Below, in pieces: positions 8,177-16,904 of a DNA stretch of 23,559 nucleotides; positions within the stretch are counted from its first letter, which is position 1, and each line of letters starts with the position of its first letter. This DNA is from Myxococcota bacterium. GTDB taxonomy: Bacteria; Myxococcota_A; Polyangia; Polyangiales; Sandaracinaceae. The position numbers and the translations under genes are program-made. Location of the stretch: NCBI GenBank assembly GCA_036149055.1, contig JAYZQJ010000013.1:1-23559 (forward strand), given 5' to 3'. A model generated the notes under the pieces. The model saw nothing but the letters and a program-made list of their open reading frames with translations, made no database searches and was not told the origin of the DNA.

Positions 8177-9088
8177 CTACGGCGCCGCGACGACCTGGTT
8201 CCGTCCGCCTTGCTTGGCCTTGTAGAGGGCCTCGTCGGCGGTGCGGATCAGGGCGCCCGGGTCCTGCTCGGCTTCGAACTGGGCGATGCCGACGCTGGTG
8301 GTGACCTCGAGCGCGCCGCCGGTCGGGAGCGGGATCCGGAGCTCGGCGATCGTGGCGCGCACGCGCTCGGCCAGCTGGAGGCCCTGGTACATCGCGGTGC
8401 TGCGGCAGAGCAGGGCGAACTCCTCGCCGCCGTAGCGGGCGAAGAAGTCCTCCTTGCGGATGACCGCGCGGACCGCCTCCGCGGTGCGGCGCAGGACCTC
8501 GTCGCCCACCGGGTGGCCGTGGGTGTCGTTGACCGACTTGAAGTGGTCGAGGTCGAGCAGCATCAGCACGACGTCGGTCCCGTGGCGTTTCGCGTGGGCG
8601 AGGTCCTGCTCGAGGCGGTCCATCAGCGCGCGGCGGTTGTACGCCCCGGTCAGCGGATCGCGCACCGCCGCCTGGTAGAGCTGCTGCTGGAGCTCCTGGT
8701 CGACCTCGTCCTGGAGGCTGAACTTGAGGAGGATCTCGGCGCCCACCTGGATCTTGTCGCCGTCGCTGAGCGGCGACGGAGCCTCGATCTTCACGCCGTT
8801 GAGCAGGGTGCCGTTCGTCGAGCCGAGGTCCTCGACCAGCGTCTCGTCGCCGCGCCGGAAGATGCGGGCGTGCTTGCGTGACACCCCGTCGCCGTTCACC
8901 CGCAGCTCGCACTGAGCGCTGCGACCGATGGTGACCTCGGTGTCCAGGCGCACCAGTCGCCCCGCGTCGGCGCCCGCCACCAGCACGAGCACGGGGCTCA
9001 AGCGGCTGGGTCGGACCGCCTCGCGGAACGCCTTCGCGTCGATGATCGCGGTGCCCTCGTCTTCGGCCTCGTCGAAAGGGGAGCCCAT
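8177..9088 (-). CDS. FHA-domain diguanylate cyclase (FHA-GGDEF), 303 aa
   Basis: FHA motifs IGRS, VSRKHA, DLGSTNGT. GGDEF domain with D.LTG.YNRR, DLDHFKSVND.HGH..GD, I-site RKED and A-site RYGGEEF. Start ATG 9088 chosen by composition. Confidence 0.93.
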   Translation of the reverse strand: MGSPFDEAEDEGTAIIDAKAFREAVRPSRLSPVLVLVAGADAGRLVRLDTEVTIGRSAQCELRVNGDGVSRKHARIFRRGDETLVEDLGSTNGTLLNGVKIEAPSPLSDGDKIQVGAEILLKFSLQDEVDQELQQQLYQAAVRDPLTGAYNRRALMDRLEQDLAHAKRHGTDVVLMLLDLDHFKSVNDTHGHPVGDEVLRRTAEAVRAVIRKEDFFARYGGEEFALLCRSTAMYQGLQLAERVRATIAELRIPLPTGGALEVTTSVGIAQFEAEQDPGALIRTADEALYKAKQGGRNQVVAAP

Positions 9089-9262
9089 TCGGTTCCCAGC
9101 ATATTCGAAAGCTGCGGCCGGAATCCACGATTCGTCTGCACGCCGTCGCACCTCGGACGCGCCGATGTGGGATGATGGCCACGGCCGGGGGGCAGCGGGA
9201 CCGCGCGTGGGCGTTGGCACGCGGCGTGACGGTGCGTCCTCCGCCATCGAAAGGGAGGGCCC

Positions 9263-9679
9263 ATGAACGCTTCGAGAATTCGCCACGCGCTGACCTTCGC
9301 CATCGTCCTCGCGCTGCCGCTGGGGGCGGCGGCGCAGGAGACCCCCACCGAGCTCAGCGTCTCCGAGGTGCAGCTGGGGAGCTCGCTCGACCGCGGCCGC
9401 GTCGAGTCGCCGACCACCACCTTCACCCACGCCGACGGCCGCATCTACGCGGTCGTGCAGGTCCAGAACCCGGCCCGCACGGAGACCCGGGTGCGCGTCT
9501 CGCTCGAGCGGGTGGACGGCCCGACGCGCTCCGGCGTGCTCCTCGACATCCCGGCCCGGCCCCGCTACCGCACGGTGGCCAGGTTCGTTGCGCGCCAGGC
9601 GCCCGGACGATATCGCGTCGTCGTGCGCACCGAGGACGGCACCGAGCTGTCGAGCACCGAGCTGACGATCTCGGAGTAG
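9263..9679 (+). CDS. Secreted DUF2914-like Ig-fold protein
   Basis: GGGAGG RBS; signal peptide ending AAA-Q; C-terminal 'YRT.......PGRYRVVVRTEDGTEL' pattern typical of DUF2914. Confidence 0.75.
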   Translation: MNASRIRHALTFAIVLALPLGAAAQETPTELSVSEVQLGSSLDRGRVESPTTTFTHADGRIYAVVQVQNPARTETRVRVSLERVDGPTRSGVLLDIPARPRYRTVARFVARQAPGRYRVVVRTEDGTELSSTELTISE

Positions 9680-9717
9680 CGGCTCGACACGCGGCGTTCA
9701 GCCCCCATGCTGTCAGG

Positions 9718-10479
9718 GTGAAGCCGCGTTGGTCACCCGGGCTGCCGCCGGAGCTCGTCATCTACGACTCCACGCACCCTTGCCCGTACCTCGAGGGACG
9801 GGACGCGCGTCTGCCGATGCGCCTCCCGTCCCGCCCGCTCCGTCCCGCGGAGTTCGACGTGCGCCTCGCCGGAGGGGATCGGCGGCACGGCGCGTTCCTC
9901 TATCGCCCCAGCTGCCCGAGCTGCGCGGCGTGCGAGGCCATCCGCATCCCGGTGCAGGAGTTCGCCTTCACCAAGAGCCACCGCCGGGTCTGGAACAAGG
10001 CGCGGCGCGCGCTCCGCGTCGAGGTCGGCCAGCCGATCGCCGACGCGCGCCGGCTCTCGCTCTACGAGAAGCACAAGCGCGAGCGCTCTCTGATGGGCTC
10101 CTCGAGCGAGCCGCTCGACCTGAAGGGCTACGAGGGCTTCCTGGTGGAGCGCTGCTGTCCGAGCTTCGAGCTGCGCTACTTCGACGGCGACACGCTGGTC
10201 GGCGTCGCGATCACCGACCGCGGGCACGACGCGCTCTCGGCGGTCTACTGCTTCTGGGATCCCGAGTACGCCTCGCTCAGCCTCGGCACCTTCTCGATCC
10301 TCGAGCAGATCCGGTTCTCGCGCGAGCTCGGCTTCACCCACCTCTACCTCGGGCTCTTCATCGAGGAGAACGCGCACATGCGATACAAGGCGCGTTTCCG
10401 CCCGCACGAGCGCCTGATCGACGGGCAGTGGCGCCGCTTCGAGCGTCAGTCGGCGCAGCAGCGGAACCCGGTCGAGTAG
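9718..10479 (+). CDS. bpt: Bacterial ATE1-like aminoacyl-tRNA-protein transferase (aspartate/glutamate leucyltransferase, Bpt)
   Basis: CPYL, G.RR.G.FLYRP.CPSC.AC..IRIPV.EF, LSAVYCFWDP....SLGTFSIL.QI, YLG..I....M.YK..F.PHE.L. The GTG start at 9718 is approximate. Confidence 0.9.
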   Translation: MKPRWSPGLPPELVIYDSTHPCPYLEGRDARLPMRLPSRPLRPAEFDVRLAGGDRRHGAFLYRPSCPSCAACEAIRIPVQEFAFTKSHRRVWNKARRALRVEVGQPIADARRLSLYEKHKRERSLMGSSSEPLDLKGYEGFLVERCCPSFELRYFDGDTLVGVAITDRGHDALSAVYCFWDPEYASLSLGTFSILEQIRFSRELGFTHLYLGLFIEENAHMRYKARFRPHERLIDGQWRRFERQSAQQRNPVE

Positions 10480-11441
10480 TCCCAGTGGCCGCGATCGTGC
10501 GCGGTGGTGCGGTAGAGGCAGCCCTCGCCGTTGCGCACCGTGTCCACGTAGAACCCGCCGCGGAAGGTGCCGGTCGGGTCGGCGGTCCACTCGTGCAGGT
10601 TGCCCATCATGTCCATCACGCCCTCGGCGGTGACGCAGCCGGGGTGCGCGCCGGTGGGCGCGAGCGAGTCGGGGAGCTGGTTGATGCACGCGTCGCCCAG
10701 CCTCGACCAGATCCAGTCGTCGGACGTGCCGAACCGCTCGACGGCGGGGTGCCGCGCGCGGGCGTCGTTGCACTGGCCATCCACCCGGGCGTCGCCGTAG
10801 GGATAGACGCGATCCGACGCGCCGCGACAGGCGCGGAGCCACTCCGCGTCGGTGCAGAGTCGCTTGCCCGCCTCCAGGCATGCCGCCTCCGCCTGAACGC
10901 CGGTGACGTAGCCTTGCGGGACCGCCTCGGCGAGCGAGAGCGCGCGCACCCGGTTCGTGCCCGGGTTGTGGAACGGCGACCAGCTCCCGAGCGGGCCGCG
11001 GTCGTCGACGAGCACCAGGCTCGCCTCGAAGCGATCGATGCAGAACGAGTCGACGCGCACCATGCCGTCGGGGCAGCCGGGGCTCCCGGGCTCCTCGACG
11101 AGGCCCTCGTTGGGGCGCGGCATGTAGTCCGGATCGCAGGCGCCCGCGTCGCCGGAGCCGCCGTCCGAGGTCACGGTGCAGCACTGGATCTCGGCCGGGC
11201 CGGGGCAGAAGCCCGGGGTGGGCGCGCGGTCCCCGACGCAGTCGTCCACGTGGAGGCAGCGGCCGGGCCGTCCGTCCACCGCGCACGCGAGCCCCGCGTC
11301 CCCGGGCGGGCCGGCGTCCGGGGCCTGCGCGTCGAGGACCTGCGCGTCGAGGGCCTGCGCGTCGAGGAGCATGGCTGCGTCCGTCGCCGTCGGCGGGTCG
11401 CCGCAGGCGAGGAGCAGGAGAGCCAGGAGCGCGCGCCGCAC
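10446..11441 (-). CDS. FGE-sulfatase (SUMF1/EgtB/PvdO-fold) domain lipoprotein with N-terminal Cys-rich module
   Basis: GTG start, RRALLALLLLA-C lipobox; CPDGMV, FCIDRFEA, GKRLCTDAEWLRAC, YPYG, DMMGNLHEW, RGG, GFRCC. Confidence 0.88.
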   Translation of the reverse strand: MRRALLALLLLACGDPPTATDAAMLLDAQALDAQVLDAQAPDAGPPGDAGLACAVDGRPGRCLHVDDCVGDRAPTPGFCPGPAEIQCCTVTSDGGSGDAGACDPDYMPRPNEGLVEEPGSPGCPDGMVRVDSFCIDRFEASLVLVDDRGPLGSWSPFHNPGTNRVRALSLAEAVPQGYVTGVQAEAACLEAGKRLCTDAEWLRACRGASDRVYPYGDARVDGQCNDARARHPAVERFGTSDDWIWSRLGDACINQLPDSLAPTGAHPGCVTAEGVMDMMGNLHEWTADPTGTFRGGFYVDTVRNGEGCLYRTTAHDRGHWDYSTGFRCCAD

Positions 11442-11472
11442 GCGGAGATGATGAACGGGAACCGCCGGCCCG

Positions 11473-12189
11473 TCACACCGCGTACGGCGCGAAGACCTCG
11501 ACGTCGACGCCGGCCGCGTAGTGCACGAGCGCAGGCGGGCCGCTGACCGGAGGCAGCCCGGCGGCGGCGACGAGCGAGTCCTCGACCTCGTGCACGGTCG
11601 CGCGCTGCGCCGGGTAGGGCGGGTGGTGCACCTGACCGAGCACCAGCTCGTCTCCCTTCTCGGAGTAGAGGAGGTAGCGCTCGAGGAAGAAGTGCTCGAG
11701 CGAGCCGGGCGCGGACGGGCCGAGCGCCTCGCCCACCTCGTAGCGCACCGCGTGGCGAGCCCCGTCGGAGCGGCGGACCGTGCGGTACTCCGTGACCCCA
11801 TCCGCGCTCGCCGACGTCATGCGCGCGTGGTGGTAGGGGAGCCCCCAGCCGACGCGGGCCGCCTGCACCGCGAGCCAGCTCGACGCCTCGAGGGAGAAGA
11901 AGTAGACGCCGGGGCCCTCGCCCTCGAGGTGCACGTACGTGCGGAGGTTGCACTCGAGGAAGTCGAACCCGAGCGCCTTCGGCCACCAGCTCGGCGCGAT
12001 CTCGCGCATGAGGAACGGGACCACGCCGACGAACGCCTCGCCCTCCCACAGGTCGAGCGAGAGCCGCGCCGGGACCAGCGGCCGCAGCGCCTCGACCGGC
12101 ACCGGCCAGTGCAGGAACAGGAGCTCCCGCCAGCGCTGCGTCCCCGCGTTCTTCCCCTCCGGCCGCTGCGTCGGCGCGATCCGATCCAT
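11473..12189 (-). CDS. DUF2071 (YqjF) family protein
   Basis: Q.WRELLFLHWPV..EALRPLVP..L.LD, F.E.NLRTYV, PGVYFFSLEA, LPY..ARM, LE.F..ERY.LY, V.H.P. Confidence 0.92.
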   Translation of the reverse strand: MDRIAPTQRPEGKNAGTQRWRELLFLHWPVPVEALRPLVPARLSLDLWEGEAFVGVVPFLMREIAPSWWPKALGFDFLECNLRTYVHLEGEGPGVYFFSLEASSWLAVQAARVGWGLPYHHARMTSASADGVTEYRTVRRSDGARHAVRYEVGEALGPSAPGSLEHFFLERYLLYSEKGDELVLGQVHHPPYPAQRATVHEVEDSLVAAAGLPPVSGPPALVHYAAGVDVEVFAPYAV

Positions 12190-12267
12190 GCCGCACCATA
12201 CCCTCGCGGCGCCGTTCGGGGACGGCGTTTTCCGGGACGTGTAGGATGGGGCGTGACCGAGGTGCCG

Positions 12268-12819
12268 ATGCGGTTCGCGGACACGCCGCTGCTCTGGACG
12301 GCGGACGGGATCTACTCGGAGGCCGAGTGCGCGCGGATCCGGGACGAGATCGAGGCGGCCTCGCCGTCGCTCGCCACGAACAACCCGATGTACCGGAACC
12401 AGGATCGGGTGATGCGCGACGATCCGGCCGCGTCGAGCGAGCTCTTCGCGCGCCTGAGGCCGCACCTCCCCGAGCGCATCGGAGACCTCACCCTCGTCGG
12501 GCTCAACGAGCGGCTCCGCTACTACCGCTACCGCGCAGGCCAGCGCTTCGAGCCGCACATGGATCACTGGCACCGCGCGAGCGAGACGCGCATCACGCTG
12601 CTCACCGTGCTCGTCTACTTCAACGACGACTTCGAAGGCGGCGAGACCCGGTTCCTCGAGCAGGTCGAGGAGACCGTGGTCCCGAAGCCCGGGCGGGCCG
12701 CGATCTTCCAGCACAAGATCCGCCACGAAGGCTGCGAGGTCCGCCGCGGCGCCAAGTACGCGCTCCGCACCGACGCCCTCTACGAGGCCCCGACCCCCAT
12801 CCAGCTGACGCGCGCATGA
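12268..12819 (+). CDS. 2OG-Fe(II) oxygenase, prolyl-4-hydroxylase-like
   Basis: GAGGTG RBS; GLNERLR.YRY..GQ.F.PHMD (HxD), T.L.Y.NDDFEGGET.F, HEG (distal His), KY.LRTD. Confidence 0.92.
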   Translation: MRFADTPLLWTADGIYSEAECARIRDEIEAASPSLATNNPMYRNQDRVMRDDPAASSELFARLRPHLPERIGDLTLVGLNERLRYYRYRAGQRFEPHMDHWHRASETRITLLTVLVYFNDDFEGGETRFLEQVEETVVPKPGRAAIFQHKIRHEGCEVRRGAKYALRTDALYEAPTPIQLTRA

Positions 12820-12956
12820 GCGGATCGCGGGTGTGGCCACACGATCGGCGCGTTCGGTCGGACACACGCGCGACCGGAGGGAGACGCGTCGGGCCCCGCC
12901 GCCGGGCTGGCACGTGACGTGCGCCTCGGAGCTCCGGAGAAGACCGGAGGGGTGTG

Positions 12957-15900
12957 ATGCGAGGAACGACGATCGACGTCGGGCCGGGAGGGCGACGTGC
13001 GCTCTGGCTCTTGGTGGGAGGGGCGCTGCTCATCCCGGGGTGTCCGAGCGGGGGCGCGCCGCCGCGGGCGACGATCCGGGCGGAGCTCGCGTCGCCGACG
13101 GGCAAGATGGTGGACCTCGGCGAGGCGACACCGCGCGCGCCGGATCGCGGCGGGATCCTCGAGGACGCGCTCGAGGGCGTGGTCGAGACCGAGGAGGAGA
13201 CGCTCGGGGCGCGCATGCAGATCCGCCCGCTCCGCATGCCGCACCCGCCCCGTGGCGCCTCCGCGCGCTTCAACTTCGGGCAGGGGCGGCGCGGCTGGGT
13301 GACGGCGATGCCGCGCGCGGAGCTGTTGACCTCTCCCGCCTTCCACGACGGCAAGGTGTTCCTCGGCGGCGGCTTCGTCTCGCACCGCTTCTACGCCTTC
13401 GACGCCTACAGCGGGGAGCTCTCGTGGTCGATGCCCGCGCCGGACGGCGGACCGACGGCCGCGATCATCGAGGACGACAAGGTCATCTACAACACCGAGA
13501 GCTGCACGATCTTCGTCGCCGACGCGCACACGGGGGAGCTCGCCTGGAGTCGCTGGCTCGGCGACCCCCTGATGAGTCAGCCCGCGGCCGCGCACGGGCT
13601 CGTGTTCAGCGCCTACCCCAAGGACGGCGGCCATCAGTTCGGCGCGTTCCGGCTGAGCGACGGCGAGCCGGTGTGGGCGACGCCGATCCCCGCCGACGTG
13701 ATCCAGGCGCCGCAGGTGGTGGGCGAGTCGGTCTACTTCGCGACGATGGACGGCACGGCGCACCGGCTCCAGGCGCGCACCGGCCGGGTGCAGTGGCGGC
13801 GCGACGTGGGCGCGTCGAGCGCGGTCTGGGTCGACCGCGAGAACGTGCTCGTGGCGCGGCGACGCGGCGGAGCCCGGAGCCCGCGGGAGTCGATGCTGGT
13901 GCTCGACGCGGCCAGCGGCCGGACGCAGCACGAGAGCGCGCACTTCGCCGCCCCCTACCTCGCGGGGAACAGCCGCGACCGCGAGCTCGCCTCGGGCACC
14001 GCCGGGGCGTGGGGCAACGTCCCGCACGGCGATCACCTCGGGCTGCGCAACGTGGCCAGCGGCTGGGCGTTCCAGGGCAGCTCCCCCGCGGTGGCCGACG
14101 GGCGCGCCTACTTCTCGATCGCGGGCGAGGTGCTCGCGCGCGACATGGAGACGGCGGAGACGGTCTGGCGTCGGCGCTACGCGGAGGCGGGGGACGCGCA
14201 GGCCCTCAGCCCGCCCGCGGTGGTCGGGGGCCTGCTGGTCTTCGGCACCGTCGACGGACACCTCGTGGCGACCGACATCGACACCGGCATGACGGTCTGG
14301 GCCTACGACGTCGGCGAGCCGGTGGTCTTCCAGCCGATCGTCGCCCAGGGCTGGGTCTACTTCGCCACCGGGCGCGGCAATGTCGTCGGGCTCGAGCTCG
14401 GCGACGCGATGCTCGACGGCTGGCACATGTGGGGCGGCAACGCGCGTCACGCCGGGCTCGTCGAGACGGCGGGGCAGGTCGATCCGCACCTCCTGGAGAG
14501 CCTCGAGCGCCCCGGCCGCGGCTCGCTCCGCGCCGTCGCGCTCAGCCGCGATCCGGAGGCCGAGGAGACGCCGGTCGAGGAGGAGGGCGACTCGGTCGAG
14601 CGCGAGCTCCCGCTCCGGGGCACCGAGGTCGAGGCGCGGATCAGCGGCCGGGTGGCGGAGGTCTTCGTCACCCAGCGCTTCGAGAACGACGGGCCCGAGC
14701 CGATCGAGGCCGTCTACCTCTTCCCGCTCCCCGACGACGCGGCGGTCGATCGCATGGAGATGCGGATCGGCGACCGCGTGATCCGCGGGGTGATCCGCCA
14801 GCGTCGAGAGGCGCGGCAGGTCTACGAGCAGGCGCGCAGCGAGGGCCGGCGCGCGGCGCTCCTCGAGCAGCAGCGCCCGAACCTCTTCGCGCAGCGGGTG
14901 GCCAACCTCCAGCCGGGCGACCGGATCGACGTGCGGCTCCGCTACGTGCAGGTCCTGCCCTACGAGGACGGCGAGTACGCGATGACCTTCCCGATGGTCG
15001 CGCCGCGCCGGTACGACCCCGCCGAGCCGGACGCGGACGGGGCGGAGACCGCGGTGAGCGCCACGAGCGCCTTCGTCGACGAGCAGCCGCCGCTGACGAT
15101 GCGCGTGTCGCTCGCGCCCGGGCTGCCGCTGGCCTCCGTGGCCTCGCCCAGCCACGAGGCGACCATCGAGCGCGACGGCGACACCGCCCGCGTGCGTCTC
15201 GAGGCCGAGGGCGAGGCGCGCACCCGCGACTTCACCCTGCGCTACGCGCTCGCCGGCGACGCGCCCCAGGCCACCCTGTTGGCCCACCGCGAAGCCGAGC
15301 ACGGTTACTTCACGCTCCTCGTGCAGCCGCCGGCCGCGCCCGGCGAGGGGACGATCGCGCCCCGCGACGTGACCTTCGTCGTCGACACCTCGAGCTCGAT
15401 GCACGGCCGGCCGCTGGCGCACGCGCGCGCGGTGGTGGAGGCGGTGATCGACGGCCTCCGCCCCGAGGACCGCTTCGACGTGATCGGCTTCAGCGATCAG
15501 GTGCGGCAGCTCGGCGCGCGGCCGCGGAGCGACGACGCGGTGCGGGACGCGCACGCCTTCCTGGGGGAGCTGCGCGCGGCCGGGGCCACCGAGATGGTGC
15601 CGGCGATCACCCGCGCGCTGCGCACCGAGACGAGCGCCGAGCGCCTGCCCATCGTCGTGCTCGTCACCGACGGGTTCATCGGCAACGAGGCGGACGTGCT
15701 GCGCGCGATCGCGACCGAGCTCGGGGAGCACCGCGTCTACGCGTTCGGCGTCGGCGGCAGCGTGAACCGCTTCCTCACCGAGCGCGCCGCCGAGATCGGC
15801 CGCGGGCGGGCGAGCCACGTGGGCCTCTCCGAGGATCCGGCGGTGGCCGCGGCGCGCTTCGTGACCCAGATCGACCGGCCGCTCTTCACCGACGTCGAGG

Positions 15901-16904
15901 TGGACTGGGGCGGGCTCGAGGTGAGCGACGTCTACCCGCGGCGCCTGCCGGATCTCTTCGCCGGGAAGCCGCTCGAGGTGCGCGGTCGGTTCGCGGCGGG
16001 CGGCGAGGCGACGGTGCGAGTGCGGGGCACGGTGAACGGTCGCCGCTTCGAGCGCGCGTTCCCGGTGAGCCTGCCCGCGGCGCCGACGCCCGACGGGCCC
16101 CACGCGTCGCAGGCCTCGCTCTGGGCGCGAGCGGCGGTGCGCGATCGCATGAACCGGCTGACGCTGCGCGACGACCCGGCGCTCATCGCCGAGGTGACCG
16201 AGCTCGGGCTCGCTCACCACATCGTCACGCCCTGGACCAGCTTCGTGGCGGTCGAGGAGATCGCCACGGAGGAGGAGGGCGACGCGCCCGAGCCCGAGGC
16301 CCGGGCCACCGTCTCGCCGGCGCGCGCGCTGCCCGGCGATCCGGAGATCCGGATCCCGGCCCCCGAGGACGCGCGGCAGGTCACCGTGATCCTGCCCTTC
16401 GGCGAGAGCCTCGAGGCGGGCTTCGAGGACGCGCTCGGCATGTGGACCGCGCGCTTCCTCATCCCGCGCGACGCCGACGAGGGCACCTACCCGATCGAGG
16501 TGCTGATCACCCACGCCGACGGGCGGCTCGAGCACCTCCGGCTCTGGTACACGGTCGACGAGACCGCGGCCCAGGTGCACCTGGAGGTCGACGGCGAGCT
16601 CAGGCCGGGCGGAGAGATCACGCTCCGCGCCGAGCAGGTGATCACCGAGGCGGATCTCGCGCAGGTCGGTCGGCGTCCCGGGGAGCTGAGCGAGGAGCGC
16701 GCCCTGCTGCTGAGCGACGCGCGCCGGGTGGAGGTGCGCACGCCGGGCGGCGAGGTGATCGACCTCGAGCGGGCGGCCCCGAACGCCTGGGAGGGCGTCT
16801 GGACGATCCCTCGAGACGCGCGCGGGACGCTGTCGCTCGACGTGGTGGTGGTCGACATGGCCGCCAACGTCACCCACCAGGCGCTGACCCTGGAGGTCGA
16901 GTGA
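12957..16904 (+). CDS. Lipoprotein: PQQ/BamB-type beta-propeller + VIT + vWA (MIDAS) + C-terminal beta-sandwich region, about 1315 aa
   Basis: GGAGGGG RBS; lipobox LIPG-C. Blade motifs (AFDAYSGELSW, DAHTGELAW, DIDTGMTVW) at about 13290-14460. VIT at about 14607-14970 (LPL..T.V.A.I.G.VA.V.VTQ.F.N...PIEAVYLFPLP..AAV..M.M.IG.R.I.G). vWA DTSSS/GAT/VTDG from 15363. ITIH-like tail 'LG..H.IVTPWTSFVAVEE'. Confidence 0.9.
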   Translation: MRGTTIDVGPGGRRALWLLVGGALLIPGCPSGGAPPRATIRAELASPTGKMVDLGEATPRAPDRGGILEDALEGVVETEEETLGARMQIRPLRMPHPPRGASARFNFGQGRRGWVTAMPRAELLTSPAFHDGKVFLGGGFVSHRFYAFDAYSGELSWSMPAPDGGPTAAIIEDDKVIYNTESCTIFVADAHTGELAWSRWLGDPLMSQPAAAHGLVFSAYPKDGGHQFGAFRLSDGEPVWATPIPADVIQAPQVVGESVYFATMDGTAHRLQARTGRVQWRRDVGASSAVWVDRENVLVARRRGGARSPRESMLVLDAASGRTQHESAHFAAPYLAGNSRDRELASGTAGAWGNVPHGDHLGLRNVASGWAFQGSSPAVADGRAYFSIAGEVLARDMETAETVWRRRYAEAGDAQALSPPAVVGGLLVFGTVDGHLVATDIDTGMTVWAYDVGEPVVFQPIVAQGWVYFATGRGNVVGLELGDAMLDGWHMWGGNARHAGLVETAGQVDPHLLESLERPGRGSLRAVALSRDPEAEETPVEEEGDSVERELPLRGTEVEARISGRVAEVFVTQRFENDGPEPIEAVYLFPLPDDAAVDRMEMRIGDRVIRGVIRQRREARQVYEQARSEGRRAALLEQQRPNLFAQRVANLQPGDRIDVRLRYVQVLPYEDGEYAMTFPMVAPRRYDPAEPDADGAETAVSATSAFVDEQPPLTMRVSLAPGLPLASVASPSHEATIERDGDTARVRLEAEGEARTRDFTLRYALAGDAPQATLLAHREAEHGYFTLLVQPPAAPGEGTIAPRDVTFVVDTSSSMHGRPLAHARAVVEAVIDGLRPEDRFDVIGFSDQVRQLGARPRSDDAVRDAHAFLGELRAAGATEMVPAITRALRTETSAERLPIVVLVTDGFIGNEADVLRAIATELGEHRVYAFGVGGSVNRFLTERAAEIGRGRASHVGLSEDPAVAAARFVTQIDRPLFTDVEVDWGGLEVSDVYPRRLPDLFAGKPLEVRGRFAAGGEATVRVRGTVNGRRFERAFPVSLPAAPTPDGPHASQASLWARAAVRDRMNRLTLRDDPALIAEVTELGLAHHIVTPWTSFVAVEEIATEEEGDAPEPEARATVSPARALPGDPEIRIPAPEDARQVTVILPFGESLEAGFEDALGMWTARFLIPRDADEGTYPIEVLITHADGRLEHLRLWYTVDETAAQVHLEVDGELRPGGEITLRAEQVITEADLAQVGRRPGELSEERALLLSDARRVEVRTPGGEVIDLERAAPNAWEGVWTIPRDARGTLSLDVVVVDMAANVTHQALTLEVE

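Noticed and set aside
10446..10570. FGE/CLec C-terminus as a diversity-generating retroelement target
   Set aside because: No template repeat differing at adenines and no reverse transcriptase in the window.
11327..11371. 15-bp x3 repeat encoding DAQAL/DAQVL/DAQAP
   Set aside because: An ordinary low-complexity linker of myxobacterial-type lipoproteins.
13558..13575. Second GDP motif (WLGDPLM) in the large lipoprotein as a cleavage site
   Set aside because: It sits in the normal blade-start position (W...xxxSxPA) inside the propeller, not at a domain boundary.
12833..16903. Apparent 1945-aa ORF 12833-18670
   Set aside because: Only 16904-18670 is protein-like, with a signal peptide and coupled start. 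The upstream part is an Arg-rich off-frame read of the VIT-vWA gene.
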